Assembly (NCBI GenBank): GCA_938091905.1
Contig: CALKOM010000026.1
Span: 1-64,000, forward strand
Source of the DNA: an uncultured Verrucomicrobiales bacterium
GTDB lineage: Bacteria; Verrucomicrobiota; Verrucomicrobiia; Verrucomicrobiales; DEV007
Direction: 5' to 3'
DNA length: 64,000 bases
This document shows positions 19,354-28,519 of the stretch, in pieces (positions within the stretch are counted from its first letter, which is position 1; every line of letters starts with the position of its first letter). A program made the position numbers and the translations under genes. The notes beneath the pieces were generated by a model. The model was not told where the DNA came from, ran no database searches, and saw only the letters and a program-made list of their open reading frames with translations.

Positions 19354-20054
19354 TCACTCCGAGAGCAGTCGCTCTGCGGTCGAGGCGTACTGACCAAAGA
19401 TCGTCGCTCGCGCCTTCATATCGAATTGGGTGACCAGCGTCCTTTTGAGCCTAATCGCATACGCTTGATAGGCTTCGGGATCTGGTTTTTCCAAGAAGCG
19501 ACCGGGCGCCGATAGAGCGATGTGTGCAGCAAGAGTGTCTGGGTCAGAGGCGGGGCTGAAATGATAGATGATGGTTGCTAAAGCCGTGGTTGTGAATGCG
19601 GTGGCCTGCAGTCCAGCCGTGAGGATGCTTCCAGTGGCGCCGCGGCGAGGAGACAATGGGGGCTGTGGACGCGGGGACGTGTTGAGCTTCCAGATGACGA
19701 GGGTCTGAACGGCACCGATGGGAATCCATCTCCCGCGCTCCCATTGCTCATAGCGCTTGGCTGAAATGCCGGCGAGGCACTGACTCGCTTCGTCGATAGT
19801 GAAAAACCCCGCTTCTCACGAACTTGGCCAAGGAGGACAGAGAATTGCCAGCTGGAAGGCTGTCGATGCGGAGCGTCCGATGCGGCTGTGAAAACATTGG
19901 AGGGGCTCACACCGGGATAAGAGGGGCTCACACCGGGATAATCGTTGCTCTGGCTCTGAGGCTGTTTGGAGGAGTCGCGGGCGGTCACGGGTAGATTGGG
20001 AAGCTGGTGGGGAGGAACGTTGAGTTCGAAAGAAAGGGGATTTGCTGAGTGCAA
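19354..20054 (-). pseudogene. frameshifted XRE-type HTH protein with a hydrophobic segment (pseudogene or -1 recoded gene; start uncertain)
   Basis: Frame 0 FSVLLGQVREKRGF joins the -1 frame FTIDEASQCLAGISAKRYEQWERGRWIP at GGGGTTTTTC (19810-19801). Confidence 0.6.
19900..19941. repeat. perfect 21-bp tandem duplication
   Basis: GAGGGGCTCACACCGGGATAA x2, encoding YPGVSPS x2 on the minus strand. Confidence 0.95.
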
Positions 20055-20175
20055 TATAGTTCTTGAGAGCGCTCAAATTTATTAGAATCGCAATTAAATT
20101 ATAAATATTTAATATTTTTAATAAATATAGCCACAAGACTGCCTCAGCTCTTGGGCATCTGACCGATCACCGCCC

Positions 20176-22074
20176 TCAGTCCAGCGTGAGCCTTCCCCAA
20201 TCCTCGGGGCGGCCCTGCACCCCGGATCGAGGCGCCCATGCGAGGCGGCATTCGTTGACGTTCTCACCGATGGCCGCATCTGCCTTGTCGCCATCGTAGA
20301 GGATGACGTTGAACCCGATAATCTGACCCTTGGCAGGAGTGGTCACTCCGATGACTTTCCAGGGAATAGCGGTTTGCAACCGATAGCCAGTGTCCGTTCT
20401 GACCGCCTTGGTTCTCATACCGACGGCAGTTTTTTTGATCGGGCCTTGATTCGCATCAGCGTCCCGAGCTGCACGGGTATTTCCTTCAAGATCGAAGGGA
20501 AAGATCCCTACTTTGAAACAGGTTAGTGTGTGCTCTGACGTCGCTGTTGGATCGACACAGATCTCGATCGCATCCGTACGCCAATGGCCGCGGATATCGT
20601 TTGGGGAGATGTTAGATACGATGACGTCGTCGTGCACCAGGGCGTCAATATAGAGAAACTCTGCGTCGTATCCGGTTCGGATCTCGCAACTGAGATCAGT
20701 GGGGGAGTCCGCTTTGCCCTGAACCCGTTGATCGGGGGTGATGCTGATCGGAGCCAGGGCGTTCCATTTTTCAGACGAGCCATCAAGTTTCGGTTTGAAC
20801 GCAAGCGGAGCCAAGTTGGCATGAGGTACGGGGTGCAACGCGGCCTCGGACCTAGCATCCTCCAACTGAATTGATGTATCGATAGTGGCTTTGATCATAG
20901 AATTCTCACGCGCGCCTACTGGTGGAGTGATTGATAGAATGATCTCGTGCTGCTCTTTCGGAGCTAAGGTCGCCGTGGCTTTGTTGGGCCTCAGCTTCCA
21001 GCCGGCTGCTGCTTTGAAAGTTACCTCAATCTCTTCGGCCTCGGAGTCATGGTTGGTGATGAGTAGCGAAATGGTATTTGTTTGACCAGCGACGATGGGA
21101 AGATCTGAGGAAAGATCTGTCATGAGATGGGAGATCTTCTGCTCTTGAGCCCAAGCATGAAATCGAGTGAGTGCGGGGCGCGGTTTGAAGTTTGCTTGGA
21201 TGCGCTCCGGTGCCACCGGTAGACGTTCGATGGTCGCGGGCTGTTCACTTTCTGCTAGAGGTAGGCCAGCAAGTAGATCGGTTTCGTTCTTGGCCGCGGG
21301 AACAGCAGTCTTGATCAGACCGTAGCTTTCCGGAGGTCTGCCTACCGCCGTTCGTTGAAAGCGTCCAAAGCCTTGGGATCGGTGATTGCGCAGGGCCTCA
21401 CCCGCAATGGTATGTGCCTCTGCTCCGGGGTCGACCTTGGCCACAGCTCCAGCGCTATCGCCTCGGAAGTAGAGTTTGCGTGTTTGCCAAGTGGAGAGAC
21501 CTTCTCGAGTGAGTTGAGTGAGGAATTTGCTAGGATCTGCGGCTGCGGAGTAGGCTTCTACGGCAAGGATGCCAGCCGCTTGGTGGTGCCCATGCTGACC
21601 AGGGCGGGGGAACGGATTCATTGTGAGGATGATCTCCGGTCTTAGGTTGCGAATGATCCTGACAAGATGCGCGAGTGATGCCTTTCGATCCCATTTCTCG
21701 AGAGTCATCGCGGCGCTTTCGGTGTAGGCCCAGTCTAACTGGTCCAGAAAGAAATGGTGCCTGACGCCGAGGGTGTCCAGACACTGCTGAAGCTCAATTT
21801 CACGGAGGACACCGAGGGAGCGCCCCCAGTGTGTGCCAACCATGTTGCCACCGCCTTCGCCGCGTGTGCAGTAGACATGGGAGATAATCGTATTCCGCTC
21901 ATGGGCGTAATAGGCGATTGTTGAGGCCATGCCGGTTTCGTCATCGGGATGCGCCAGGACGCAGAGGATGTCCGTCTTGAGTAACTCGGCTCCTTGTTTC
22001 TGGGCGATTACAGGGGTGATCGCTAGTGTTATCGCTAGTGTTATCGCGAGGACAATGAATCTTAGAGTGGTCAT
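20176..22074 (-). CDS. exported PIG-L family deacetylase with NEW3-like and CBM9-like domains
   Basis: AHPDDE, TRGEGGGN, HGHHQAAG and HRSQG; C-terminal sugar-binding domain with IGFNVILYDGD. Confidence 0.9.
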   Translation of the reverse strand: MTTLRFIVLAITLAITLAITPVIAQKQGAELLKTDILCVLAHPDDETGMASTIAYYAHERNTIISHVYCTRGEGGGNMVGTHWGRSLGVLREIELQQCLDTLGVRHHFFLDQLDWAYTESAAMTLEKWDRKASLAHLVRIIRNLRPEIILTMNPFPRPGQHGHHQAAGILAVEAYSAAADPSKFLTQLTREGLSTWQTRKLYFRGDSAGAVAKVDPGAEAHTIAGEALRNHRSQGFGRFQRTAVGRPPESYGLIKTAVPAAKNETDLLAGLPLAESEQPATIERLPVAPERIQANFKPRPALTRFHAWAQEQKISHLMTDLSSDLPIVAGQTNTISLLITNHDSEAEEIEVTFKAAAGWKLRPNKATATLAPKEQHEIILSITPPVGARENSMIKATIDTSIQLEDARSEAALHPVPHANLAPLAFKPKLDGSSEKWNALAPISITPDQRVQGKADSPTDLSCEIRTGYDAEFLYIDALVHDDVIVSNISPNDIRGHWRTDAIEICVDPTATSEHTLTCFKVGIFPFDLEGNTRAARDADANQGPIKKTAVGMRTKAVRTDTGYRLQTAIPWKVIGVTTPAKGQIIGFNVILYDGDKADAAIGENVNECRLAWAPRSGVQGRPEDWGRLTLD

Positions 22075-22320
22075 TTGCTTTGGAAGTCTGCGGGTGTGCC
22101 TTTGGGAAAGAGAGCATCAATGGTATCTTGAATTTTCTCGACTCGATTCTCAGGATGTGGATGTGTGCTCAAGGTCTCGGGTGGACCTTTGCCCATACTT
22201 GCGCTAGCGCTAGCAAGGACATTCATGACGTCTATCATTGCCGTGGGATCATAGCCTGCGTTGGCCATGAAAAGCGCTCCGAGTCAATGAGACTCAAGTT
22301 CGTCTTCGCGGACGTACGCT
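22071..22320 (-). pseudogene. 3' remnant of an M48-family metallopeptidase
   Basis: YVREDELESH*LGALFMANAGYDP...PPETLSTHPHPENR; internal TGA and no HEXXH half. Confidence 0.8.
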
Positions 22321-22497
22321 GTGCGGCCTTGCTGGGGTCGAGGAATGGCGGCATCTGAATGGAAATTCCGGTCTCTCACAAATAGGAAGGCAGAATTCTT
22401 TTGTTTCGTTTTGGCGTCCTAATAATCAGAAAATCTCCAATTTCTACGTGAATTGAGTTGCATTGAAAGTAGGCTCACGATAATCTCCAGATTAACA

Positions 22498-22998
22498 ATG
22501 GACAATGCAGCGCCCGCGATTCCTGGATTTCGCTCGCTCTCCCAAGCTGGGATTCAACTCGGTGATGGAAGAGAGCGTTCCCCATCGCCTGAGGCTCAAG
22601 CGGGTGGGAGCAAGTCAGCAGAGCTGACTCCGGCTGCTACGGCGTCAAAGGTTCGCCGTGCGCAATCTGTGGCCGTGCAGCCAAGGGAGCCGGGGACCAA
22701 GCGACCCCTGCCTCATCAACAACAAAAGCACCAGGAGATGGTTCCTCAGGGCAGCGTTCCTAATGGCCTTTATCTTGGGGAATTGCCTTCTCTGCAATTC
22801 TCTTGCCCAAGCTGTGGGGTTGTCCTGACCATCACAGAGCCGTCTTCCTACAATGGCAAGCCCGGTCCGTGTCCGCATTGCTCATCCGTGGTCCTTCCAC
22901 CAAGGGTAGTCTCGCCTTTCTCCATGGCGTCGACTCGTCAGCCGGTGCAACCCACGCAAGAAGAAGCACCGCGGCACTACTTCGGTTTCTCGCTTTAG
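22498..22998 (+). CDS. hypothetical protein with C-terminal zinc ribbon
   Basis: Disordered N-terminus followed by FSCPSC...GPCPHC. Confidence 0.65.
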   Translation: MDNAAPAIPGFRSLSQAGIQLGDGRERSPSPEAQAGGSKSAELTPAATASKVRRAQSVAVQPREPGTKRPLPHQQQKHQEMVPQGSVPNGLYLGELPSLQFSCPSCGVVLTITEPSSYNGKPGPCPHCSSVVLPPRVVSPFSMASTRQPVQPTQEEAPRHYFGFSL

Positions 22999-23037
22999 AG
23001 CGTTGCTGCGGATCAATTCGGCGCTATTGCTTGCTGA

Positions 23038-23334
23038 ATGGATCGTCCTTTCCTTAAGAATTTACGTCGTCTTGGAATGATCGAGGGTATCTCGACCCTG
23101 CTCCTACTTGGTGCTGCCATGCCTCTGAAATATGTGGGCGGCAACGAGATTGGCGTGAAGATTGTCGGGCCGATTCACGGATTTCTCTTTCTCGGCTTGA
23201 TCGTTGTTGCGGCGATCGCGATCGAGCGGGTGCCGATCGGTAAGAAGTTGGGCTTTGTAACCATGCTGGCTGCCATTGTGCCGTTCGGACCATTCGTGGT
23301 TGATCGGTGGCTGAAGAAACTGGATCAAGATTAG
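23038..23334 (+). CDS. DUF3817 membrane protein
   Basis: EGISTLLLL..AMPLKY, GPIHGFLF and AAIVPFGPF. Confidence 0.92.
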   Translation: MDRPFLKNLRRLGMIEGISTLLLLGAAMPLKYVGGNEIGVKIVGPIHGFLFLGLIVVAAIAIERVPIGKKLGFVTMLAAIVPFGPFVVDRWLKKLDQD

Positions 23335-23340
23335 CGCCAG

Positions 23341-24720
23341 CTATTTTAATGGCGGTGATGGCAAGGCATCTGTCTTAGGCAAGTGCGCGGCGAGTTTCAC
23401 TTTGATGGCATCGTGAGAGGCTTTGCCTGCTAGATTGTCATATTCGTTAGGATCGCTCGCGTGGTCATAGAGTTCTTCGCTGCCATCGGCATAGCGAATG
23501 TAACGCCAGCGGCGATCGCGAACAGCGTGGTTTTGATATCCGTGAGTTGTTAGGGCGATGTGCTCCCATTTCCCTTGAGGTTCCTTTAAAAGAGGGACGA
23601 TTGAGTGGCCGTCGTTGTCCTCTTTTTCTGGCAATCCCGCCAAATCGACGATCGTTGGAAACAGGTCTAACAAAGAAATGGGCTGATCACAGCGCGTGTT
23701 TGCCGTGGTCACGCCCGGAGCGGCGATGATGACTGGCGTGCGGGTGGCTTCTTCCCACAGCGCAAATTTTCGCCAATGCTGTTTCTCGCCCAAGTGCCAG
23801 CCGTGATCTGTCCAGAAGACGATGATGGTGTCCTTGGCGAGAGGCCCTTCGTCCAGGGCATCGAGTACGCGGCCAAGTTGCTCATCCATGAACGCGATCG
23901 ATGCCAGGTAACCCTGGACCGCCGGTTTCCATTGGTTGTGTTGGAGCACCTTTGCATGGTCCCCCCCAGGCTTGGCCATCTTGAGTCCTGCTTTGGGAAT
24001 GTCTTCTAAGTCATTGTCAGGAGTCTTGGGGAGTTCGATAGACTCCAGTGGGTACTTCTCGAAATACTTCGTTGGAACAAACCATGGAAGGTGCGGGCGG
24101 AAGAATCCGCAGGCCAAGAAGAGTGGCTGCTCGTGCTCCTTGCTTAACTGATCGATGATCCAGTCGGCGACTTTGGTATCGCTCATGTCGCTGGATTTGG
24201 CGTTCACGATGCCCCAGTCGAAGTGGCGGGTCTTTTCGATGCCGTTGAGCGGTATGTCATCGGGAACGGGATCTGCGGGGCGTTGCTGCGTGAGCGATGG
24301 GAAATAGTCGTTCCAAGATTCGGGATCTCGGAATTTGCCGTGATACATTTTCCCAGAACCGATCGCACGATACCCATGCTCGCGGAGATACTGTGGCAGG
24401 CTGACCGCATTCTTGAGGCGGGAAGACTCACGCCAGGGCTGTTGATTGACGTAGACGCCCGAGGTAGATGGCGCAATGCCTGTGAGCAGGGCAGTACGGG
24501 AAGGATTGCAGGCGGGTGCGGCACAATGTGCATTGGTGAAGAGGACACCACGTTCGGCCAAACGCGTGATGTTTGGAGTCAGCGCCTGAGGATGTCCTCC
24601 GAGCGGGCTGATCCAGTCATTGAGATCGTCGACGGCAATGAACAGGATGTTAGGATTGCCCGCAGCCGCTGCGAGGCTGTGGATTGCTAAAATGAGGGCG
24701 AGGAGTCCATTGCGAGCCAT
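23341..24720 (-). CDS. exported formylglycine-dependent sulfatase (iduronate-2-sulfatase-like)
   Basis: NILFIAVDDL, CNPSRTALLTG, GFFRPHLP and DHGWHLGEK. Confidence 0.93.
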   Translation of the reverse strand: MARNGLLALILAIHSLAAAAGNPNILFIAVDDLNDWISPLGGHPQALTPNITRLAERGVLFTNAHCAAPACNPSRTALLTGIAPSTSGVYVNQQPWRESSRLKNAVSLPQYLREHGYRAIGSGKMYHGKFRDPESWNDYFPSLTQQRPADPVPDDIPLNGIEKTRHFDWGIVNAKSSDMSDTKVADWIIDQLSKEHEQPLFLACGFFRPHLPWFVPTKYFEKYPLESIELPKTPDNDLEDIPKAGLKMAKPGGDHAKVLQHNQWKPAVQGYLASIAFMDEQLGRVLDALDEGPLAKDTIIVFWTDHGWHLGEKQHWRKFALWEEATRTPVIIAAPGVTTANTRCDQPISLLDLFPTIVDLAGLPEKEDNDGHSIVPLLKEPQGKWEHIALTTHGYQNHAVRDRRWRYIRYADGSEELYDHASDPNEYDNLAGKASHDAIKVKLAAHLPKTDALPSPPLK

Positions 24721-24817
24721 CCTTCCATTTACCAGGCGAAGGGATGTGATTGTCACGGAATTAATCCCTTTACTCGTTGTCCAAGTATCCCCAATAGTCC
24801 AAATACATTCTTCTCCT

Positions 24818-26062
24818 ATGGCAACCAACAAATCCATTAAGAACAAGCTCTTTGTGATGATGATCCTTGAGATCGCCATCTGGGGGGCCTGGCAAATCAA
24901 GCTGTTTTCCTACATGCCGATGCTCGGATTCGAGACTTGGCAGATCAATCTAGCGGGCAGCATGTTTGGTATCGCATCGATTGTAGGCATCTTCTTCAGC
25001 AACCAGTTTGCGGATCGAAATTTCGCTGCGGAGAAGTTTCTCGCTTTTAGTCACTTGGTCGGGGGGATTGCCTTGGTCGCCACAGCGTTTATGACATCCT
25101 TCTGGCCCTTCTTTATCTGTTTCCTTATCTATGGGCTACTCTATGTGCCAACGCTCTCGGTCACGAATGCGCTTGCCTTTGCCAATCTGAAGGATCCCGC
25201 GAATGAATTTGGCTTTGTTAGAATGGGTGGGACGGTTGGGTGGATCATTGTTTCTTGGCCCTTCATCTTCCTTCTCAGTGGAGAACAGACGATTGAGCAA
25301 ATGCGTTGGATCTTCCTTGTTGGTGCGATCATTTCTTTTGCGCTCGCTGCTTTCAGTCTCACACTACCTCACACGCCGCCGAATAAGGACGCAGAAGGGG
25401 AAGGTTTGGCCTGGTTGAAGGCCTTTAAGCTGCTCAAGCACCCTTACATCCTGATCCTTTTCATTGTGACATTCATCGATTCCACCATTCACAATGGTTA
25501 CTTTGTTCTTATCGATGGATTCCTTACGGATGCCGTTAAACTGGAACCGAATGTGACCATGGTGATCACGACGATCGGTCAGGTGGCTGAGATTGTGGCC
25601 ATGCTCATCTTGGGCAAAGTGCTCGTGAGGCTTGGTTGGAAGTGGACCATGATCGTGGGTATCTTTGGTCACGCGGCCCGCTTTGCGGTCTTCGCCTATT
25701 GCGGAGATGCCAGTTTCCAATGGCTCATTATCCTCATCCAAGTTCTCCACGGGATTTGTTATGCCTTCTTCTTTGCGACCCTCTATATCTTTGTCGATGC
25801 TGTCTTTCCCAAAGACATTCGCACCAGTGCTCAGGGGATGTTCAATCTCTTGGTTTTGGGGATTGGTCTGGTCGTTGCGAACTTCTGGTTTGGTTCACTC
25901 AAAGCCAAGCTGACGTCTGCAGAAGGCGTGGTCGACTACGAGAAGCTCTTCCTAGTGCCAACTGGCTTAGCGATTCTCGGAATGGTTCTTCTTCTCTTCT
26001 TCTTCAAGCCGCCGAGTGATCGCCCCGTTGCGGAAGGCTCTGACAGTGCCGCCCCTCATTGA
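24818..26062 (+). CDS. MFS nucleoside:H+ symporter family (NupG/YegT-like)
   Basis: IWGAW, FADRNFAAEK, YVPTLSVTN, VRMGGTVGWI, GQVAEI, LHGICY and RTSAQG. Confidence 0.9.
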   Translation: MATNKSIKNKLFVMMILEIAIWGAWQIKLFSYMPMLGFETWQINLAGSMFGIASIVGIFFSNQFADRNFAAEKFLAFSHLVGGIALVATAFMTSFWPFFICFLIYGLLYVPTLSVTNALAFANLKDPANEFGFVRMGGTVGWIIVSWPFIFLLSGEQTIEQMRWIFLVGAIISFALAAFSLTLPHTPPNKDAEGEGLAWLKAFKLLKHPYILILFIVTFIDSTIHNGYFVLIDGFLTDAVKLEPNVTMVITTIGQVAEIVAMLILGKVLVRLGWKWTMIVGIFGHAARFAVFAYCGDASFQWLIILIQVLHGICYAFFFATLYIFVDAVFPKDIRTSAQGMFNLLVLGIGLVVANFWFGSLKAKLTSAEGVVDYEKLFLVPTGLAILGMVLLLFFFKPPSDRPVAEGSDSAAPH

Positions 26063-26085
26063 TTTTGATCTAGATTAGATTACCA

Positions 26086-27162
26086 ATGGCTAAATCACTC
26101 AAGACACTCGTTGTCGGTGCCGGAAACATGGGTGCGTCCCATGCTCGTGCCTACAAGAAACTCAAGGGCTTCGAAATCTGTGGCGTAGTCACCCGCTCGG
26201 AAGAGAGCCGAAACAAGTTGATCGAGTCGTTAGGCGGCGGGATCAAGGGTTACGGCGACTACGACGAAGCTCTAGCAGATGCCAAGCCGGACTGTGTTTC
26301 GATCAACACCTATCCAGAAACACATGCCGAATACACACTGAAAGCGTTTGATGCAGGCGCGCATGTCTTCCTAGAGAAGCCAGTTGCCGTGACCGTGGAA
26401 GAGGCACAGAAAGTGGTTGATGCTGCCAAGGCGGCGAATAAGAAACTCGTCGTGGGCTACATTCTTCGCGTGCATCCGTCGTGGATCAAGTTCATCGAGA
26501 TTGCCCAGACGATGGGGAATCCACTCGTGATGCGAATGAACCTGAATCAGCAAAGTCATGGTTACATGTGGGACGTGCATCGTAACCTGATGAACTCGAT
26601 GTCGCCGATCGTCGATTGTGGCGTTCACTACGTTGACGTGATGTGTCAGATGACGCGCTCGAAACCCATTAAGGTGAGTGCGATCGGTGCCCGGCTCTCG
26701 GATGAATTGAATCCTGGCATGTACAACTACGGCCAGTTGCAGGTGACGTTTGAGAATGGGTCTGTTGGCTGGTACGAAGCTGGTTGGGGACCGATGATGA
26801 GCGAAACGGCTTTCTTCGTGAAAGATGTGGTGGGGCCCAAGGGGTGCGTCTCCATTGTGGCCAAAGACGCGGCAGGAGCTTCTAAGTCTTCTGACATCGA
26901 TTCACACTCGAAAACTGAATCCTTGCTCGTGCACCATGCCGATCTTGATGACAAGAATGAGTTTACAAAGCCGGACGAGGTCATTGATCTTCAAGACGAG
27001 CCCGACCACGACGAGCTTTGTGAACGCGAGCAAGCTTATTTCCTCAAAGCGATTCAGGAGGACCTCGATCTCACCGATCACATGGCCGATGCAGTGAATA
27101 GTCTGCAGATTGTGTTAGCTGCGGATCAGTCTTTCAAAGAAGGTCGTGTCGTGGATCTCTAG
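26086..27162 (+). CDS. Gfo/Idh/MocA family oxidoreductase
   Basis: VGAGNMG, HVFLEKP and DCGVHYVD. Confidence 0.93.
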   Translation: MAKSLKTLVVGAGNMGASHARAYKKLKGFEICGVVTRSEESRNKLIESLGGGIKGYGDYDEALADAKPDCVSINTYPETHAEYTLKAFDAGAHVFLEKPVAVTVEEAQKVVDAAKAANKKLVVGYILRVHPSWIKFIEIAQTMGNPLVMRMNLNQQSHGYMWDVHRNLMNSMSPIVDCGVHYVDVMCQMTRSKPIKVSAIGARLSDELNPGMYNYGQLQVTFENGSVGWYEAGWGPMMSETAFFVKDVVGPKGCVSIVAKDAAGASKSSDIDSHSKTESLLVHHADLDDKNEFTKPDEVIDLQDEPDHDELCEREQAYFLKAIQEDLDLTDHMADAVNSLQIVLAADQSFKEGRVVDL

Positions 27163-27566
27163 CTTGCGCGGATTCACCAGAGACTAGCGTCGGTTTTGTA
27201 AATCGCCTACAGTCGTTTCACTCAGACGTGGTGGGTACCGATTGTTACCGCATCAATTCCAGATGTGGGATTGGTAGTAAGGCGTTTCATTGCTAGTTCA
27301 CTTGCGCTGGCCTGAGAACTACCAATCGTCACCATCAATTTCCACTGACGTACTAGCAGACAACTCGTAAGGATGGCATTCCGGCCGTTGCTTGTAGCAG
27401 CTACAATCGTCGCCAGGAATGACGACGATACGGAGGCTCACCGAAAAGGAGTGGTGGCGCGATTTATAGAGAGCTATCGGCTTAACGTGCAGTTCAATCG
27501 TAAGCGTCTGAGCCAACGCCGTTCAAAACAGCTAGAAGTGGGGGGCGACCATCGCCACGGTGCGGC

Positions 27567-27884
27567 ATGTCACGTAAAAGATACCAGGAATCGGAGAAGC
27601 GGAAGTGGGTCCGTCGTTTCAATGGCTACAACTCAAACGCGGCAGCTTTTTGTCGAGAGTTCAACCTACCCTATGGCAGCTTCATGGCATGGAAACGCCC
27701 CTATCGCAGGAAGCCTTCAAAATTGACAGCGTTCTTGTCTCAGCAATCAGAGTTCATTGATTTGACAGTAGAACCACCAAGTTCTCCCGTGATAGCGGTA
27801 GCCACGCCCACTCCCACTCCCGTCGCCGAACTCTCTCTGGGATTACAGGGATGGTTCTCCGTGTCTTCGCTCCCAATGCAATGA
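27567..27884 (+). CDS. tnpA: IS66 accessory protein TnpA (HTH), probably decayed
   Basis: W.......NAAAFCREFNLPYGSFMAWKR...FIDL. Confidence 0.75.
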   Translation: MSRKRYQESEKRKWVRRFNGYNSNAAAFCREFNLPYGSFMAWKRPYRRKPSKLTAFLSQQSEFIDLTVEPPSSPVIAVATPTPTPVAELSLGLQGWFSVSSLPMQ

Positions 27885-27893
27885 AGGCCACTC

Positions 27894-28240
27894 ATGATCC
27901 TCAGACACAGCGTCAACGTCTGCCTCGCCAATAGGGCCCTGCGATCTGCGAAAGGGTTTTGATAGCTTGAGTGTCACCGTACGCGAGCAACTCAAAGATG
28001 ATCCACCCTCCCGAAAAGTCTTCGTCTTCATCAACGAAGCACATAACCGCATTAAGCTGCTCTATTGGGATGGCGCGGGACCCTGGGTCATGGCAAAGCG
28101 GCTTGAACAAGGCCGCCTCTGTTGCCCCCAAGGATAAAAAACAAAATCCACTAAGCTAGCACTCAAACCCGAAGCTCTCGAAATGCTGTTCAGTGGCATC
28201 GATCTCAAAGACGGTCTGCAACGTGTTTGGTATAAAACGC
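27894..28240 (+). pseudogene. tnpB: IS66 accessory protein TnpB pseudogene
   Basis: PCDLRKGFDSL...VFVF...RIKLLYWDGAG.W..AKRLEQG; frameshift near 27927 and TAA at 28135. Confidence 0.88.
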
Positions 28241-28247
28241 CGCTTAC

Positions 28248-28450
28248 ACAAGGCGCTCTTGCTAGAACGTCAGGGCTTGTTTGCCCGCATGCTCACAGAG
28301 CGCTTCCTCGTCTATACCACCGGCCGTCGGATGGAAGTGCTCGATCAGCCCGAGATCACGAAGATTGTTGATCAACTTGCAGAGGATGGCGGTGGTCTAC
28401 GTCGCTTGATCCATCTCATCGTGTAAAGCCCGGTCTTTCGTTCTCCGTGA
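28248..28450 (+). pseudogene. DUF1585 (PSD2) C-terminal remnant of a DUF1592/DUF1588-type protein
   Basis: KALLLERQGLFARMLTERFLVYTTGR...GGGLRRLIHLIV*SPVF, with an internal TAA. Confidence 0.75.
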
Positions 28451-28519
28451 CGACCTTGCGGCCGTTCTGCGGTCGCCTTGGAGATTGCCTTTGTCCTAAG
28501 GGTTGAATATTATCGGCGC

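Larger units (their letters stand above)
27500..28247 (+). mobile_element. non-autonomous IS66 derivative (tnpA + decayed tnpB, no tnpC)
   Basis: Ends are GTAAGCG (27500) and CGCTTAC (28241-28247), enclosing tnpA-like and tnpB-like frames. Confidence 0.88.

Noticed and set aside
19900..20130. Replication origin (AT-rich tract, direct repeats, change in prevailing gene orientation)
   Set aside because: I found no good DnaA boxes and no rep or dnaA gene, there are only two repeats, and the + strand looks G/T-leaning on both sides.
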